From an uncultured delta proteobacterium (GTDB taxonomy: Bacteria; Myxococcota; Myxococcia; Myxococcales; Myxococcaceae): a DNA stretch of 64,000 nucleotides. This document shows positions 17,824 to 28,557 of the stretch, piece by piece. The translations under genes were made by a program, and so were the position numbers. Within the stretch, counting starts at the first letter, position 1; each line of letters begins with the position of its first letter. The DNA is taken from positions 256,001-320,000 of the forward strand of contig CAWCKH010000004.1 in the NCBI GenBank assembly GCA_963796055.1, written 5' to 3'. The notes below the pieces were generated by a model. The model did not search any database. It had not been told where the DNA came from and saw only the letters and a program-made list of their open reading frames with translations.

Positions 17824-20800
17824 AGCCCGTCGCTCGGGAACCCGCGGATCGACCCATCTCTCGGGGAAACAGAAGTCCCAGCGCCCTGGCATGCCGGGTC
17901 ACCGAGAAGCAGCTCCTCGACGCAGAAGTGCGCGAGGCCGAGGTGCGAGTACTTTGTCGGGGGCTGTGAGCGCATCAGGCAAACCTCGCCCGAGGTCACC
18001 TTCAGCGCGGTCGTCCAGGCAAGACGTGAATCGTCATGTTCCTCGCTGCACGCAGCCACCTTGAAGTGGTGGGCGAATTCGTGAGCGGCCACCCACGCCG
18101 TGATTTGCTTCACATCATATCCAAATGACGGCGCGTCGCGCTCCATCTTTGTGATTGCGAGAGTTGTCACATCGTACCCGCGTGCGGTCAGGCCATAGCT
18201 TGGCTGGCCCTTGGAATTGACCAGGCCCGCTGTCGCACCCAGAACATGCCAGGTCGCGTGTGGAAGGTCCCCGTTTGGCGCCGAGGGAAGTTCCTGACGC
18301 GGAGCGCCCCGGCGGTAGTTCCTGAACGAGCTGACGGCGAACCAGTCGTACGAGGCTTCGTCCTTCCGCGTGAACCACTGTTCATCCAGAAAGGGCACCG
18401 GACGTGAACCCGCACCGAATTCAAGCACGTAGAATTCCACGTATGCTCCGGCAAACGCCTGGAGGAGGTCATCCAGGTTCGGCTTGAGGAGCGGGCTGGA
18501 GACACCCTGAGCGGGCGCGTTCGCGCCGAGTCCCGAGATGCCCTTGGCTCCGGCTGTGAAGTCCAGGTCCTTACCACCTACGGAATAACTTGGGATGTAG
18601 TCGCCCTGGATCGCATACGGCAGTCCGGTGCGACAGTCCTTCAGCGTCACCTTCACCAGATCGGGTCCGGCATCAGCCGGATGCGGGTCACGTTGATCAA
18701 CGCACGCCTGCTCGGATCCCTCGCCTGTCGCCGAGCCGCCGAAGATGGTGACGCTCTCGCCATCGACGATGTTATCCACTTCCTGGAAGCTGGGCGTCGC
18801 CGATCCGGGACTCAGGTTCAGCTTCGCCAGCCACACCTGTTGATCGCCCGGACTCGCCCGCCTCGCGAGAGGAGCGCCTCTCCGATACATCGGGTCGACC
18901 TCGAGCGCAATCTGTCGCCAGACCTCCACCGAGCCGCTGTAGTTGATCAATGGCCGGTCAGGCAGACCGTTCCCGGAGCACTCCGACTCGACGAAGGGCG
19001 ACATGGAGAGCTCGACGCGGTAGTTGTCTCCCGCTGCTGCGTCACCTGGAACGCGGAGGTAGACCTGGTAAACGACGTCGCCGTTGAGGAGCGGGTTGCT
19101 CGGAGGCAGGGAAAGACAGCGGGAGAACGCGCCTTGCGGGTCAGCTCCCACTCCGGCCTGGCCGCTCGTGTTCTTGTTGTCGTTTCCACGGAACGCAGTT
19201 GATTGCGGCTGCACGTACGGAGCGGTGTCCGGTGGATCCACAACCCGAAGCGCGACGGTCTGCCAGGGTGGCGCAACGACCTTCATCGAGAGCACGCCAT
19301 CGCCGACCTGTGCATCGCTCAGGAATGGGATTGGCCCGGTCGTGGGTGATGGGTTGGAGACGACCACGCGGTCGGTCACGACTCTGGCGGTCCACATCGA
19401 CGACTCGAAGAGCAACACCCGGTTCCTGGCGTCGTTCACCGTCACCGATGCGGCGCGATGCGTCGTCGGATTGAAGACCTCGGAACAACCTTGCGCCCTG
19501 CACCACAGCACGGCGTTGGGTTGCGTGGGATCATTATCGAAATACGTGTCCGCTCGGGTCAATCCCTTCACCCCGGGGATGGGAAAGGTGAGGGCGTATC
19601 CATGCAGTGGACCCACCAGCTCGACCGTGACCCTCGTGTTGTATGCGACGAACCCATCCCTGTTCAGGGCCGTCAGTGCCGGAGCGTCTGGATTGACCGC
19701 GAATTTCTTTTCATCGAGCACGAAGAATGGTGTGTCCGGGAAGACAGCGATCATCCGGCTGCTGTCCTTGTCCCAGATGAACACTGTCGAACCATCGCGG
19801 AATGCTGCGATTGCTCCGGCGGTGAAGGTGACCTTCGCGCCAGTCTTGTCCTTGAGATCGGTGGTGGACGACCACTTCGTTGCATTGCCGGTGGCGATGT
19901 CCAGCACCATCACGTCTGGATTGCCAGTCGTCGTGGGAACGAAGAAGAGCTTGCCGTCCGACGTGACCTCCGACAGCAGCTGGCCTCCCGGGATGGCCTG
20001 CAGCTTCTGACTGGAAGCCGAAGAGAATGGCTGGGCAAAGAGATCGAGATCGTAAACTCCATCACTGTCGCTGACGAAGAGATGGCCCTCTTTCTTCGGA
20101 GCCTTGAAGTCAGTTCCCACGACCGAGAGGATGCCGTTGTACGTGACCGGAGGCGAAAGCTGGATCGGGGCGACATTGTTGTCGACAGGGACGGTCCTGC
20201 CTCGGCTCGAGAGATAAAGAAATCGACCCCCTCTGGTGTCGTATGGAACCTTGAAGGTCGCGACGAAGTCCCCGGCGGTCGTGGGACCCGCGACGCTCGT
20301 GGCTTGAACGGCGTACCCCGGGAACTGCCCCACGGTCAGATGTGGATCCAGCGTGTCGAGGTTAGTGACAGCAACGGTGAAATCGTCACCCCACCAGACA
20401 TATTCCTGGCCAGCCTTGTATCCGGTGATGACCGGCTGCGGCGCCTGCGTGCTTGCCCGTGAGACCGCGACATCCGTATAGGGCAGCGGTGTCGCCCCAC
20501 CCCACCTCACCAGCTGCCCTCGGCTGTTCACGGCGGCCGCTGCCTTGGCGGCGGCCCCGAGGCCCACGATGCCGCTGATGGTGGGAATGCGGGCCGGCGC
20601 AGGCTGATCCGGACCCACCACGCCGAGCTGTCCAGAGTCGTTCGCGCCGAAGCCAACGCACGTGCCATCACCACCGCAGGCGAGACTGAACCCCTGGCCA
20701 GCGGCAATTGCTCCACTTGCGTCGGACACCAGGGTGGGGGTCGGGCTAGGCACACTCGTTGCCTTGCTACCGGTTCCGAGCTCGCCGAACGTGTTGTCGC

Positions 20801-23800
20801 CGAATGCAATCAGCTTTCCCGCGGTGGTGACAGCAAGGGAATGGGTGTCACCCGCGGCCGCGGCCACGAATGCATCTGTCCCCCCCACCTTCGTGGGAAG
20901 TGCCTTGTCGCTGGTCGTCCCGTCCCCCAGCTGGCCGCTCGCATTGCCACCCCAGGCATAGAGGTCTCCGCTCCGGGTGACCGCGAGCACATGCTGTTGC
21001 CCAGAGGCAACGCGGGTCACGTCACTGAGCGCGGCGATCCGAACGGGGGTGTTCTTCGGCCCACCTGCCGCGCCTGTTCCGAGCTGGCCATGATCGTTTT
21101 GTCCCCAGGCGTAGAGCGAACCATCCGCGGTGAAGGCGTAACTGGATCCGGCACCGGCCGATATGCCGATGACTTGACTCAGGCCCACAACGGGGGTGGG
21201 TTCCTCGCGCGACTCCAGGTCCCCCAGCCCGAGCTGTCCCTGGTCGTTTGCTCCCCATGCCCAGAGGCTCCCGTCGGAAGCGACCGCGAGGCCATGGTCC
21301 TTGCCAGCCGCGATCTCCCGGAAGCTGGTCCCTCTTGCGATCATCTGGGCGTCGCGACGGGAGACCGATGTGCCGTCTCCCAGTTGACCAGCCGCTCCTT
21401 CTCCCCATGAGTAGAGCTGTCCGTAGATGTCGATGAAGAGACCGAATCCCGTGCCGAGCGCGACACGTGTCCCCGTGTCCTGCAGCCTCCCGGCGATCGT
21501 GTAGCTCTGCGAGACGACGTCGCTGGGGTCGCACCCGAGCTTGGTCGCCTGCGCGGTCAAGGTGAAGTTTCCGGCCGGAATGACCTGGCCACGAAGGAGC
21601 TTGCCTGCGGACACGCCCAGTGGCGGTGGGCCCTGTTGATAGCTGACCACCGCGCCCGACGTTTCCACGGAGACAGAGATGTCCTGGCCCGCGCGGTAGT
21701 TCCCGCCTGGTGGGTCGAAGACGGGAGGCGCGACCTTGATCCGGAACGTCGCGGCGATCTTCGGGCTCGGGGCGTAGTCCGGACTGAAGGAGTAGGCCTT
21801 GATCGTCGTGGTGGCGTTGACCGGGATTGGGCCCGTGTAGACCTTCGAAGCGGGCGAGGGATCCGAGCCGTCGAGCGTGTAGTAAACCGTCCCGCGTGGG
21901 TCAGCGGAGATGCTCACGTCGACGCGGCCCTGGAACGTCCCCGATGGCGGGGATAGAATGGGCGGATTCAGCGCTCCCAGGTTGAACAGGTAGACGGCCG
22001 TTCGAGTGGCCGAGGGCTGCCAGCCGGAGCGGAACGCCGCGGCCTTCAGCGTGGCGCGCGAGCCAAGTCGGATCGGCGCCGTGTAGGGCGTGGAACTGGA
22101 GCTGGGCTCGGAGCCATCGAGCGTGTACCGGACGACGGACTCCGGAGTCCCCTCCGTGATCACGACGTCGACTGGATTCGAGAAGACGTACCCATCGCCC
22201 GGCGTGAAGTCTGGAACCGCGGGTGCAAACTCCAAATCGTAGGTCGTCGTGTTGCTGTCCGGATAGCCGGCAAGAAAGGCCTTCAGCTTGTAGGTGGCCG
22301 GATCCTGGATCGTCCGGGTGGTTCCGGACGGCCAGACAGGTGAGGACGTCGTCGGCTCCGAGCCGTCGGTCGTGAAGTGGATCTCGGCCCCTGGTGTCGA
22401 GCAGCTGGCGGTGAAGGGCCAAGGATAATTGTAAGTGCCCGACGGCTGCGAAAGCGTGGGAGCGGCGACCCTCCAGGTGAGCCCTGGCGAACTCAGGGTT
22501 GTGGGCGACAAGGTCAGCGGGACCGAGTTCAGCTGGCTCGCAGCCCCCCAGAAGTAGACGACGCCATCGGCGGTGAGGGCGAGCGAGTGTGTTCCGCCGC
22601 TGGCAACACTCACCACCGGCGGGAGGCCGGGGATCCTTTCCGGAGCCGAACGAGAGACGGTCGTTCCGTCTCCGAGGACACCTGATGAATTGAGTCCCCA
22701 GGACATGACCAATCCGTCACTCCCAAGTGCCATTGCGGCGGTGATTGCAGTCGAGACGTCGACCGTGTTCGAGGCGCCGATGACGGTCTGTGGAGTAGCG
22801 CCCCCGTAGCTCCCGGTCAGGTAGCGGTAGGAGTCGTACCCGATGAAATCGACCGAGCCATCAGCTCCGAGCACCAGCGAGTAATAGGTGGAGATTGTGT
22901 CTCCGCCCCCCCGGATGGCCACCGCACCGACGATCGAGCTGACCAGCGTCGGAACGCGGACCGGTTGCCCTCCGCTCACGAAGCCCGTCTCGTTCGAGGC
23001 GTTTCTTCCCCAGCCGTAGACGAGCCCACCCTTGATGGCGAACGACGTCTCGTCCCCAGCCCAAACCGATGCGACGCCCGTCAGACCGGGGACCTGAATC
23101 GGAGTGGTGTGTGCTGTCGATGTCCCATCTCCCAGCTCGCCACCAGAGTTGCCGCCCCACGCCCAGACGGTCCCGTCCGACTTGAGCGCCAGTCCGTGAT
23201 AGAGCCCTGCGGCGATCTGAACGATACCGGTCAGGCTGGGGACCTGCACAGGTGCGAGAGCGTTGCCAGTTGCGCCACCGTTCTGGCCCCATACCCAGAC
23301 GGTCCCGTCCTCCCGTAGCGCGTAGGCGCTCCGGTAACGTGCCTCGATTTGCTTGATCCCATTCAGGCCCAGAACGCGCCCAGGGAAACTTCGGTCGCTC
23401 GTCGTTCCATCACCGAGCTGACCCACGGCATTGTAACCCCAGGCCCAGACGGTTCCATCGGTGCCCAGCGCATAGGACGTGAGGTAGCCCGCGGCGACGG
23501 CGAGGGCGGCCACCCTGCCGGTGATCGAGTACGTTGCCGTGGTGACGGCGCTGTCCACGGCGCCGGCTTTGAACGCCTTCACCTTGAGGGTGTAGTTCCC
23601 GATCACCAACGCGTCACCCGATGCAATCGTGGGACTGGCGGTGGTCGGGTCCGTCCCGTCGAGTGTGTAGTGGAGCGTGGCGCCGGACGTGGGCGAAGTC
23701 ACCGTTACTTGTGTTCCGGCCGGATAGCTTCCGCCAGGCACACCGAGCGCTGGGGCCGCGACCTGGAGTGAGTAGAGGACGGTGCTCACGCTGCTGGTGG

Positions 23801-25640
23801 CGTGATCGAGCTGGAAGCAGGCGGACTTGAGAGTCGTCGTCTGAGCAAGAACGATGGGGGCAGCGTAGGCGTTCGAGGTGTCGGCGGGATTGGCGTTATC
23901 CGTCGTATAGCGGGCGATGGCTCCCGCGGAGCAGGACAAGGTCACGGAGACGGAAGAGACGTAAGCCCCGGCGGCAGGCGAGACGGTTGGCGCAGAAAGG
24001 GTTCCGTAGTTGAAGTCATACGTGCCGGTGAATACGTCACTGTCAGACCAACCGGGCTTGGTCGCGTACGCCCTGAGTGTCGTCTGGGTCGAGATCGAGA
24101 GCGGGGCCGAGTACGTGGGCGACGTTCCGCTTGGGGTCGCTCCGTCGAGCGTGTAGTGGATCGTCGCTTCGGGAGTACTGTCCGCCAGAGATACGGTCTG
24201 AGCGGTTGTGTAGGTTGACGGGTAAGGCGAGGGGGATGGCGTGAAGACCTTCATCACGTAGTCCGCCACCGCCAGATCGCTCGAGGGACTCCCCGCCTTG
24301 CCCGCAAACACCTTCAGCGTCTGCGTCCGGTCGATGGGGACGCTTCCGCCGCTTGCAATCGTAGGGCTACCGCTCGTGGGATCGGTGCCATCGAGTGTGT
24401 AGTAGATGGTCGCGCTCGGTGTCGCCGAGGTGATCGTGACGCCTGGCGGGTAGAAGTAGGTGCCAGCGCCGGGGTTGAACTGTGGAGTTCCGACCCTCCA
24501 GGCGAAGCTGGTTCCACTGATCGCCTTCGGAGTGGGGCTGGCCTTCGTGGTTCCATCACCGAGCTGAGCCGAGCTGTTTCCGCCCCATGAGTAGACGACC
24601 CCGCTCGAGGTCAGGGCCAGGGAGTGGGAGGCACCTGCCGCCACGCTCACCACCGCGCTCAGCCCTGCCACCTGGCTCGGGGAATTTCTGGACGTCGTGC
24701 TTCCGTCGCCGAGCTGCCCATAGCCGTTCGAGCCCCAGACCCAAACGGTTCCGTCCGACTTCAGGGCGAGAACGTGATCAGCCGCGGCGAGCTTGCCGAC
24801 GTTGCTGATCGTGCTCAGGTGGACGGGGGTCACCCGTGAGGTGTTCGTTCCATCACCGAGCTGGCCGTAACCGTTGTAGCCCCAGGCCCAGACGGTGCCG
24901 TCTGACGCGACAGCAAGTGAGTGCGAGCTGCCGGCCGCGATGGCGCGCGGGCTGGGGACACCACTGGAAACGACCGGCGACGACCGGGATGTCGTGGTTC
25001 CATCGCCGAGCTGGCCGTAACCGTTGTAACCAACGGCCAGGACACCACTCGCGGTGCCGATCAGCGTGTGACTCGCGCCAGCAGCGACGAGCGTCGCGGT
25101 CGTGACTCCCGGCACCTGGACCGGCGCCGAGCGATTGGTCGTGCTGCCATCCCCGAGCTGCCCGTACCCGTTGTAGCCCCACGCCCAGGCCGTTCCGTCC
25201 GCCTTGACGGCGACCGAGTGGCTGTCACCGGCCGCGATGGCCACGACTCCGGTCAGTCCACTGACCTGCACGGGCGCGTTGCGACTCGTGGAAGTCCCAT
25301 CTCCGAGCTGCCCGTAGCCGTTGTAGCCCCATGCCCAGACCGTTCCGTCCGACTTCAGAGCAAGAGTGTGGTTGGAGCCCAGGGACACTGCTTGCCAGGC
25401 TCCGGTGATCTCCGTCGGAACGGGCCTCGGGGTGTTGGTTGCATCCCCAATCTGGCCGTAGCCGTTGTAGCCCCAGAGGGCGAGGGTCCCGCTCGTCTCG
25501 AGCACCGCGCTGTGCGACTGACCGGCTGAAACCGACTGAGCAGTGGCGGCGAGCCAGGATGCGCCACCAATCATCGAGAGGCCCAGGCAGAGCGAGAGAC
25601 GCCACCGGACTCGCCCGAGCCTCAGCGACGAGGGACTCAT
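17820..25640 (-). CDS. Giant secreted protein (~2606 aa): three RCC1 propellers, eight Fn3-associated/CHB_HEX_C-type Ig repeats, C-terminal HExxH domain
   Basis: Repeats 'WGYNGYGQLGDG' and 'YTLDG(T/S)DP'; purine-rich SD before ATG 25640; 'AAHEFAHH' near 18070. Confidence 0.9.
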   Translation of the reverse strand: MSPSSLRLGRVRWRLSLCLGLSMIGGASWLAATAQSVSAGQSHSAVLETSGTLALWGYNGYGQIGDATNTPRPVPTEITGAWQAVSLGSNHTLALKSDGTVWAWGYNGYGQLGDGTSTSRNAPVQVSGLTGVVAIAAGDSHSVAVKADGTAWAWGYNGYGQLGDGSTTNRSAPVQVPGVTTATLVAAGASHTLIGTASGVLAVGYNGYGQLGDGTTTSRSSPVVSSGVPSPRAIAAGSSHSLAVASDGTVWAWGYNGYGQLGDGTNTSRVTPVHLSTISNVGKLAAADHVLALKSDGTVWVWGSNGYGQLGDGSTTSRNSPSQVAGLSAVVSVAAGASHSLALTSSGVVYSWGGNSSAQLGDGTTKASPTPKAISGTSFAWRVGTPQFNPGAGTYFYPPGVTITSATPSATIYYTLDGTDPTSGSPTIASGGSVPIDRTQTLKVFAGKAGSPSSDLAVADYVMKVFTPSPSPYPSTYTTAQTVSLADSTPEATIHYTLDGATPSGTSPTYSAPLSISTQTTLRAYATKPGWSDSDVFTGTYDFNYGTLSAPTVSPAAGAYVSSVSVTLSCSAGAIARYTTDNANPADTSNAYAAPIVLAQTTTLKSACFQLDHATSSVSTVLYSLQVAAPALGVPGGSYPAGTQVTVTSPTSGATLHYTLDGTDPTTASPTIASGDALVIGNYTLKVKAFKAGAVDSAVTTATYSITGRVAALAVAAGYLTSYALGTDGTVWAWGYNAVGQLGDGTTSDRSFPGRVLGLNGIKQIEARYRSAYALREDGTVWVWGQNGGATGNALAPVQVPSLTGIVQIAAGLYHGLALKSDGTVWAWGGNSGGELGDGTSTAHTTPIQVPGLTGVASVWAGDETSFAIKGGLVYGWGRNASNETGFVSGGQPVRVPTLVSSIVGAVAIRGGGDTISTYYSLVLGADGSVDFIGYDSYRYLTGSYGGATPQTVIGASNTVDVSTAITAAMALGSDGLVMSWGLNSSGVLGDGTTVSRSAPERIPGLPPVVSVASGGTHSLALTADGVVYFWGAASQLNSVPLTLSPTTLSSPGLTWRVAAPTLSQPSGTYNYPWPFTASCSTPGAEIHFTTDGSEPTTSSPVWPSGTTRTIQDPATYKLKAFLAGYPDSNTTTYDLEFAPAVPDFTPGDGYVFSNPVDVVITEGTPESVVRYTLDGSEPSSSSTPYTAPIRLGSRATLKAAAFRSGWQPSATRTAVYLFNLGALNPPILSPPSGTFQGRVDVSISADPRGTVYYTLDGSDPSPASKVYTGPIPVNATTTIKAYSFSPDYAPSPKIAATFRIKVAPPVFDPPGGNYRAGQDISVSVETSGAVVSYQQGPPPLGVSAGKLLRGQVIPAGNFTLTAQATKLGCDPSDVVSQSYTIAGRLQDTGTRVALGTGFGLFIDIYGQLYSWGEGAAGQLGDGTSVSRRDAQMIARGTSFREIAAGKDHGLAVASDGSLWAWGANDQGQLGLGDLESREEPTPVVGLSQVIGISAGAGSSYAFTADGSLYAWGQNDHGQLGTGAAGGPKNTPVRIAALSDVTRVASGQQHVLAVTRSGDLYAWGGNASGQLGDGTTSDKALPTKVGGTDAFVAAAAGDTHSLAVTTAGKLIAFGDNTFGELGTGSKATSVPSPTPTLVSDASGAIAAGQGFSLACGGDGTCVGFGANDSGQLGVVGPDQPAPARIPTISGIVGLGAAAKAAAAVNSRGQLVRWGGATPLPYTDVAVSRASTQAPQPVITGYKAGQEYVWWGDDFTVAVTNLDTLDPHLTVGQFPGYAVQATSVAGPTTAGDFVATFKVPYDTRGGRFLYLSSRGRTVPVDNNVAPIQLSPPVTYNGILSVVGTDFKAPKKEGHLFVSDSDGVYDLDLFAQPFSSASSQKLQAIPGGQLLSEVTSDGKLFFVPTTTGNPDVMVLDIATGNATKWSSTTDLKDKTGAKVTFTAGAIAAFRDGSTVFIWDKDSSRMIAVFPDTPFFVLDEKKFAVNPDAPALTALNRDGFVAYNTRVTVELVGPLHGYALTFPIPGVKGLTRADTYFDNDPTQPNAVLWCRAQGCSEVFNPTTHRAASVTVNDARNRVLLFESSMWTARVVTDRVVVSNPSPTTGPIPFLSDAQVGDGVLSMKVVAPPWQTVALRVVDPPDTAPYVQPQSTAFRGNDNKNTSGQAGVGADPQGAFSRCLSLPPSNPLLNGDVVYQVYLRVPGDAAAGDNYRVELSMSPFVESECSGNGLPDRPLINYSGSVEVWRQIALEVDPMYRRGAPLARRASPGDQQVWLAKLNLSPGSATPSFQEVDNIVDGESVTIFGGSATGEGSEQACVDQRDPHPADAGPDLVKVTLKDCRTGLPYAIQGDYIPSYSVGGKDLDFTAGAKGISGLGANAPAQGVSSPLLKPNLDDLLQAFAGAYVEFYVLEFGAGSRPVPFLDEQWFTRKDEASYDWFAVSSFRNYRRGAPRQELPSAPNGDLPHATWHVLGATAGLVNSKGQPSYGLTARGYDVTTLAITKMERDAPSFGYDVKQITAWVAAHEFAHHFKVAACSEEHDDSRLAWTTALKVTSGEVCLMRSQPPTKYSHLGLAHFCVEELLLGDPACQGAGTSVSPRDGSIRGFPSDGL

Positions 25641-25917
25641 GGCCGTTCTCCCCTCTCCAGCGCGAGACCGTCGGTCCAGTGAGCGGCGGACGGGGGACCG
25701 CCACGAAGGGTGCTTGGCCAGGGCCCCCGGAGCCGAGGGAATGGCCAAGAAGGCCTAGCAATCCCACGCATGCTTGCCCCCCGAGGAAGGGTGCACAAAA
25801 CAGCGGGATTCACGCCTCCGTCAAGCGATCACAGCAGAATACTTTGACGCGGCAAAAAGAGGTGGAGTGTGTCTTTGTATGTGAAGGTAGGCGAGGTGAG
25901 ACGTGCATGCTTCTGAG

Positions 25918-26323
25918 ATGGTTTCCCTTCTCTTGGTCCTGCTGCTCGGAGCGACGCCCTCATTCGCTGCAGACCCGACGGGGCCTCCGTTCGAGCTCGG
26001 ATATGACGCGACGGTCTCCGCCCGACGGTCCCCTGACGGACGCACCCTCTACCTGAGTCTCAAGAATCGAACGAGCTTCTCCATTGCGGTCTTCGCTCGC
26101 CCACTGGAGAACGAGCCTCGCCGGGGTTGCTGATGTGGTGCGGATGGAGGTGCTCTTCTCCTGGGAATTGGTATGCGATGAGGTCGGGCCTCAGCCTTAC
26201 AACCAGCTCCGCGCCAAGCTGGAACGGGCACCGTTGAGCCCGACCCGCGGGCGTTTCGTCCTCGTCGCGGTGGACGCCCACGGCAAGCCGGGGCGTTCCA
26301 CGGTTCACTGGCCGCGCTACTGA
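25918..26323 (+). pseudogene. Secreted hypothetical protein, apparently frameshifted at ~26120
   Basis: Signal MVSLLLVLLLGATPSFAA; the continuation lies in another frame and ends ...TVHWPRY*. Confidence 0.45.
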
Positions 26324-26461
26324 CCCCCAGCCCTCGAGCGTCAACCATTCGGTTCTTACCAACGCGCAACCGGAGGGCGTGCAATCGCCCCAGGTCGGAG
26401 TGAGGGTCGCCGGCCCACACGCATGCGAGAGGAGATCGCTGTGCCTCCGTCCGGTCATTCG

Positions 26462-27151
26462 ATGAACATCGTTCTGGTTCATGGCGGCTTCGTTGACGGC
26501 TCTGGCTGGGCGGGGGTCTTCAAGATCCTGACCGAGGACGGCTACAACGTGACCGTCGTGCAGAACCCCACCCTCTCCCTGGCGGAGGACGTCGCCGTGA
26601 CCAGGCGCGCGATCGCAGCGCAAGGCGGCCCGGCACTGCTCGTCGGTCACTCGTATGGAGGCGCGGTGATCACCGAGGCCGGCACCAATCCGAGGGTCGC
26701 CGGACTCGTCTACGTCTGCGGGTTTGCCCCCGACACAGGCGAATCGGTCTCGACGCTGATTGCCAATCCGCCACCCGACGCGCCGGTTCCTCCAATCCTG
26801 CCGCCCCAGGAGGGCTTCCTGCTCCTGGACAAGGCGAAGTTCCGCGACTCCTTCGCGGCAGACGTGGACGCGAAGACGGCCGAGTTCATGGCGAACTCCC
26901 AGGTCCCGTGGGGCGTCGATGCATTGGCCGGGACGATCACCACGCCGGCCTGGAAGACCAAGCCAAGCTGGTACCTGTTGACCACGGAGGACCGAATGAT
27001 CCCTCCGCCCGCACAGCGCATGATGTCGAAGCGTGCTGGCTCGACGGTGACCGAGGTGGCCGCCAGCCACTCGGTCTACGTATCCCAGCCGGCGCCGGTG
27101 GCTGCCTTGATTGCGAAGGCCGCCAAGGACGTGGCCGCCAGGTCGAAATAG
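26462..27151 (+). CDS. Alpha/beta hydrolase
   Basis: 'IVLVHGGFVDGSGW', 'VGHSYGG'. Confidence 0.93.
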   Translation: MNIVLVHGGFVDGSGWAGVFKILTEDGYNVTVVQNPTLSLAEDVAVTRRAIAAQGGPALLVGHSYGGAVITEAGTNPRVAGLVYVCGFAPDTGESVSTLIANPPPDAPVPPILPPQEGFLLLDKAKFRDSFAADVDAKTAEFMANSQVPWGVDALAGTITTPAWKTKPSWYLLTTEDRMIPPPAQRMMSKRAGSTVTEVAASHSVYVSQPAPVAALIAKAAKDVAARSK

Positions 27152-27329
27152 CAACTCTCGCATCTATCAGGATGCACGGGTGCCCATCGTCGGTTCGCCG
27201 TGACGCGAGCGGCATCGCATTCGACCCAGCTGCCGGTTGATCGTCCCTTGGTCGAACTGTTCCGGGCCGAACCCTTCGCCCCTCAGTCCTCGCTGCGGCC
27301 CGCGAATGTGACGAGCCCAGGAGGAGCGC

Positions 27330-27818
27330 ATGCCCAGCAAGGCCAAGCCCAAGGCGGCGGCCGGCAAAGGCGGGCGATCCACGGCAACCAAGAGCAAGGC
27401 TCCGGGGGTGACCGCGAAGCCGGCCCTCCTCGCAGGCGGCAACCCTCAGATTGCGAAGGCCGACGGCGACGCCCCCGTGCACGCCTACATCGCGGCCATG
27501 CCGGCGTGGAAACGCGACCTCGGGCGCCGCCTCGACGCGCTCATCGTGCGCAACGTGCTCGACGTGCGGAAGCCCGTGAAGTGGAACTCGCCCTTCTACG
27601 GCATCGAGGGCCAGGGCTGGTTCCTGTCGTTCCACGTCTTCACCCACTACGTGAAGGTGACCTTCTTCCGCGGCACCGCGCTGCGCCCTGTCCCTCCCGG
27701 CGAGTCCAACCAGAAGGACACGCGCTACCTCGATGTCCGCGCGGACGACCCGCTCGACGAGGAGCTCGTGGCGAGCTGGATCAGGCAGGCACCGGAGCTG
27801 CCCGGCTGGGTCCCGTAG
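27330..27818 (+). CDS. DUF1801 domain protein
   Basis: 'LLAGGNPQIAKADGDAPV..YIAAMP', 'VKWNSPFYG'. Confidence 0.9.
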   Translation: MPSKAKPKAAAGKGGRSTATKSKAPGVTAKPALLAGGNPQIAKADGDAPVHAYIAAMPAWKRDLGRRLDALIVRNVLDVRKPVKWNSPFYGIEGQGWFLSFHVFTHYVKVTFFRGTALRPVPPGESNQKDTRYLDVRADDPLDEELVASWIRQAPELPGWVP

Positions 27819-28557
27819 CACCACCGCCGGCCCAGGCGATCGCATTCTCCAGCTCCTCGTAGGGGAAACGCTTCACCTCGGCCTGGACGAAGTGTTCGGC
27901 GAGACTTGCCGCCACACCGGCGACCTTGGTGTCCGCTGCCAGCGCGATCCTCTTGACCTTTCGATGATGGTCACGAACGAAGCGCAGATGTCGCCAGAGG
28001 CTTCCGAGATTCTCCCAGCCCGGAAACTCTCGTGCATGGATGACCAGACCCTGCAGGTTGCCATGGGCTTCAATCCATGTGTCCGCCATGGTCGCCAGCG
28101 CGTCGAAGTCCTGGGCTCGCAGGGCCTCCTTCACCTCCACGACGATGACGCCCGACTCGGGGAGGAGCCGGTGCGAGATGCCGGCGCCTTCCGGGAGCGA
28201 CCCCAGCCACTCCACGGCCCTGTCCCGGTCCTGGACTCCAAAGGTTCGCACCGGGCAGGGCATGAGGAAGGCAGCGAGGCGCACCGACTCGCGTAACCAC
28301 CCGGTGTCGCTCACGACCGCGCAGCCGTCGAACAGGCGCATGGAACGCAGCCCGATCTTCGCGTCTTCCCACGCCGCAGCCGGGGTGAAGCCCTCGAACT
28401 CGGCACCGAGCTCGTAGAGGAACCGGACGCGCCGACCTTCCTTCCGTGCCTCATTGAGCATGGGCTCGAGGACCTGGTCGTAGTCTTCCTTCGAGACCTT
28501 TCCGGATGCCTTCACTCCCTCGATCCCTGGAGGGAGTCCCTTCAATCGTTCCAGCAT
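27781..28557 (-). CDS. Tandem STAS/SEC14 (SpoIIAA-like) domain protein
   Basis: Two SpoIIAA-like repeats: 'GKVSKEDY...AAWED' and 'ALRAQDF...FPGW...HHRKVKRIAL'. Confidence 0.88.
   Translation of the reverse strand: MLERLKGLPPGIEGVKASGKVSKEDYDQVLEPMLNEARKEGRRVRFLYELGAEFEGFTPAAAWEDAKIGLRSMRLFDGCAVVSDTGWLRESVRLAAFLMPCPVRTFGVQDRDRAVEWLGSLPEGAGISHRLLPESGVIVVEVKEALRAQDFDALATMADTWIEAHGNLQGLVIHAREFPGWENLGSLWRHLRFVRDHHRKVKRIALAADTKVAGVAASLAEHFVQAEVKRFPYEELENAIAWAGGGATGPSRAAPVPA

Noticed and set aside
26120..26180. Selenocysteine readthrough at TGC-TGA-TGT (26131)
   Set aside because: Readthrough gives only ~15 more residues and I could not support a SECIS. A frameshift explains the continuation better.
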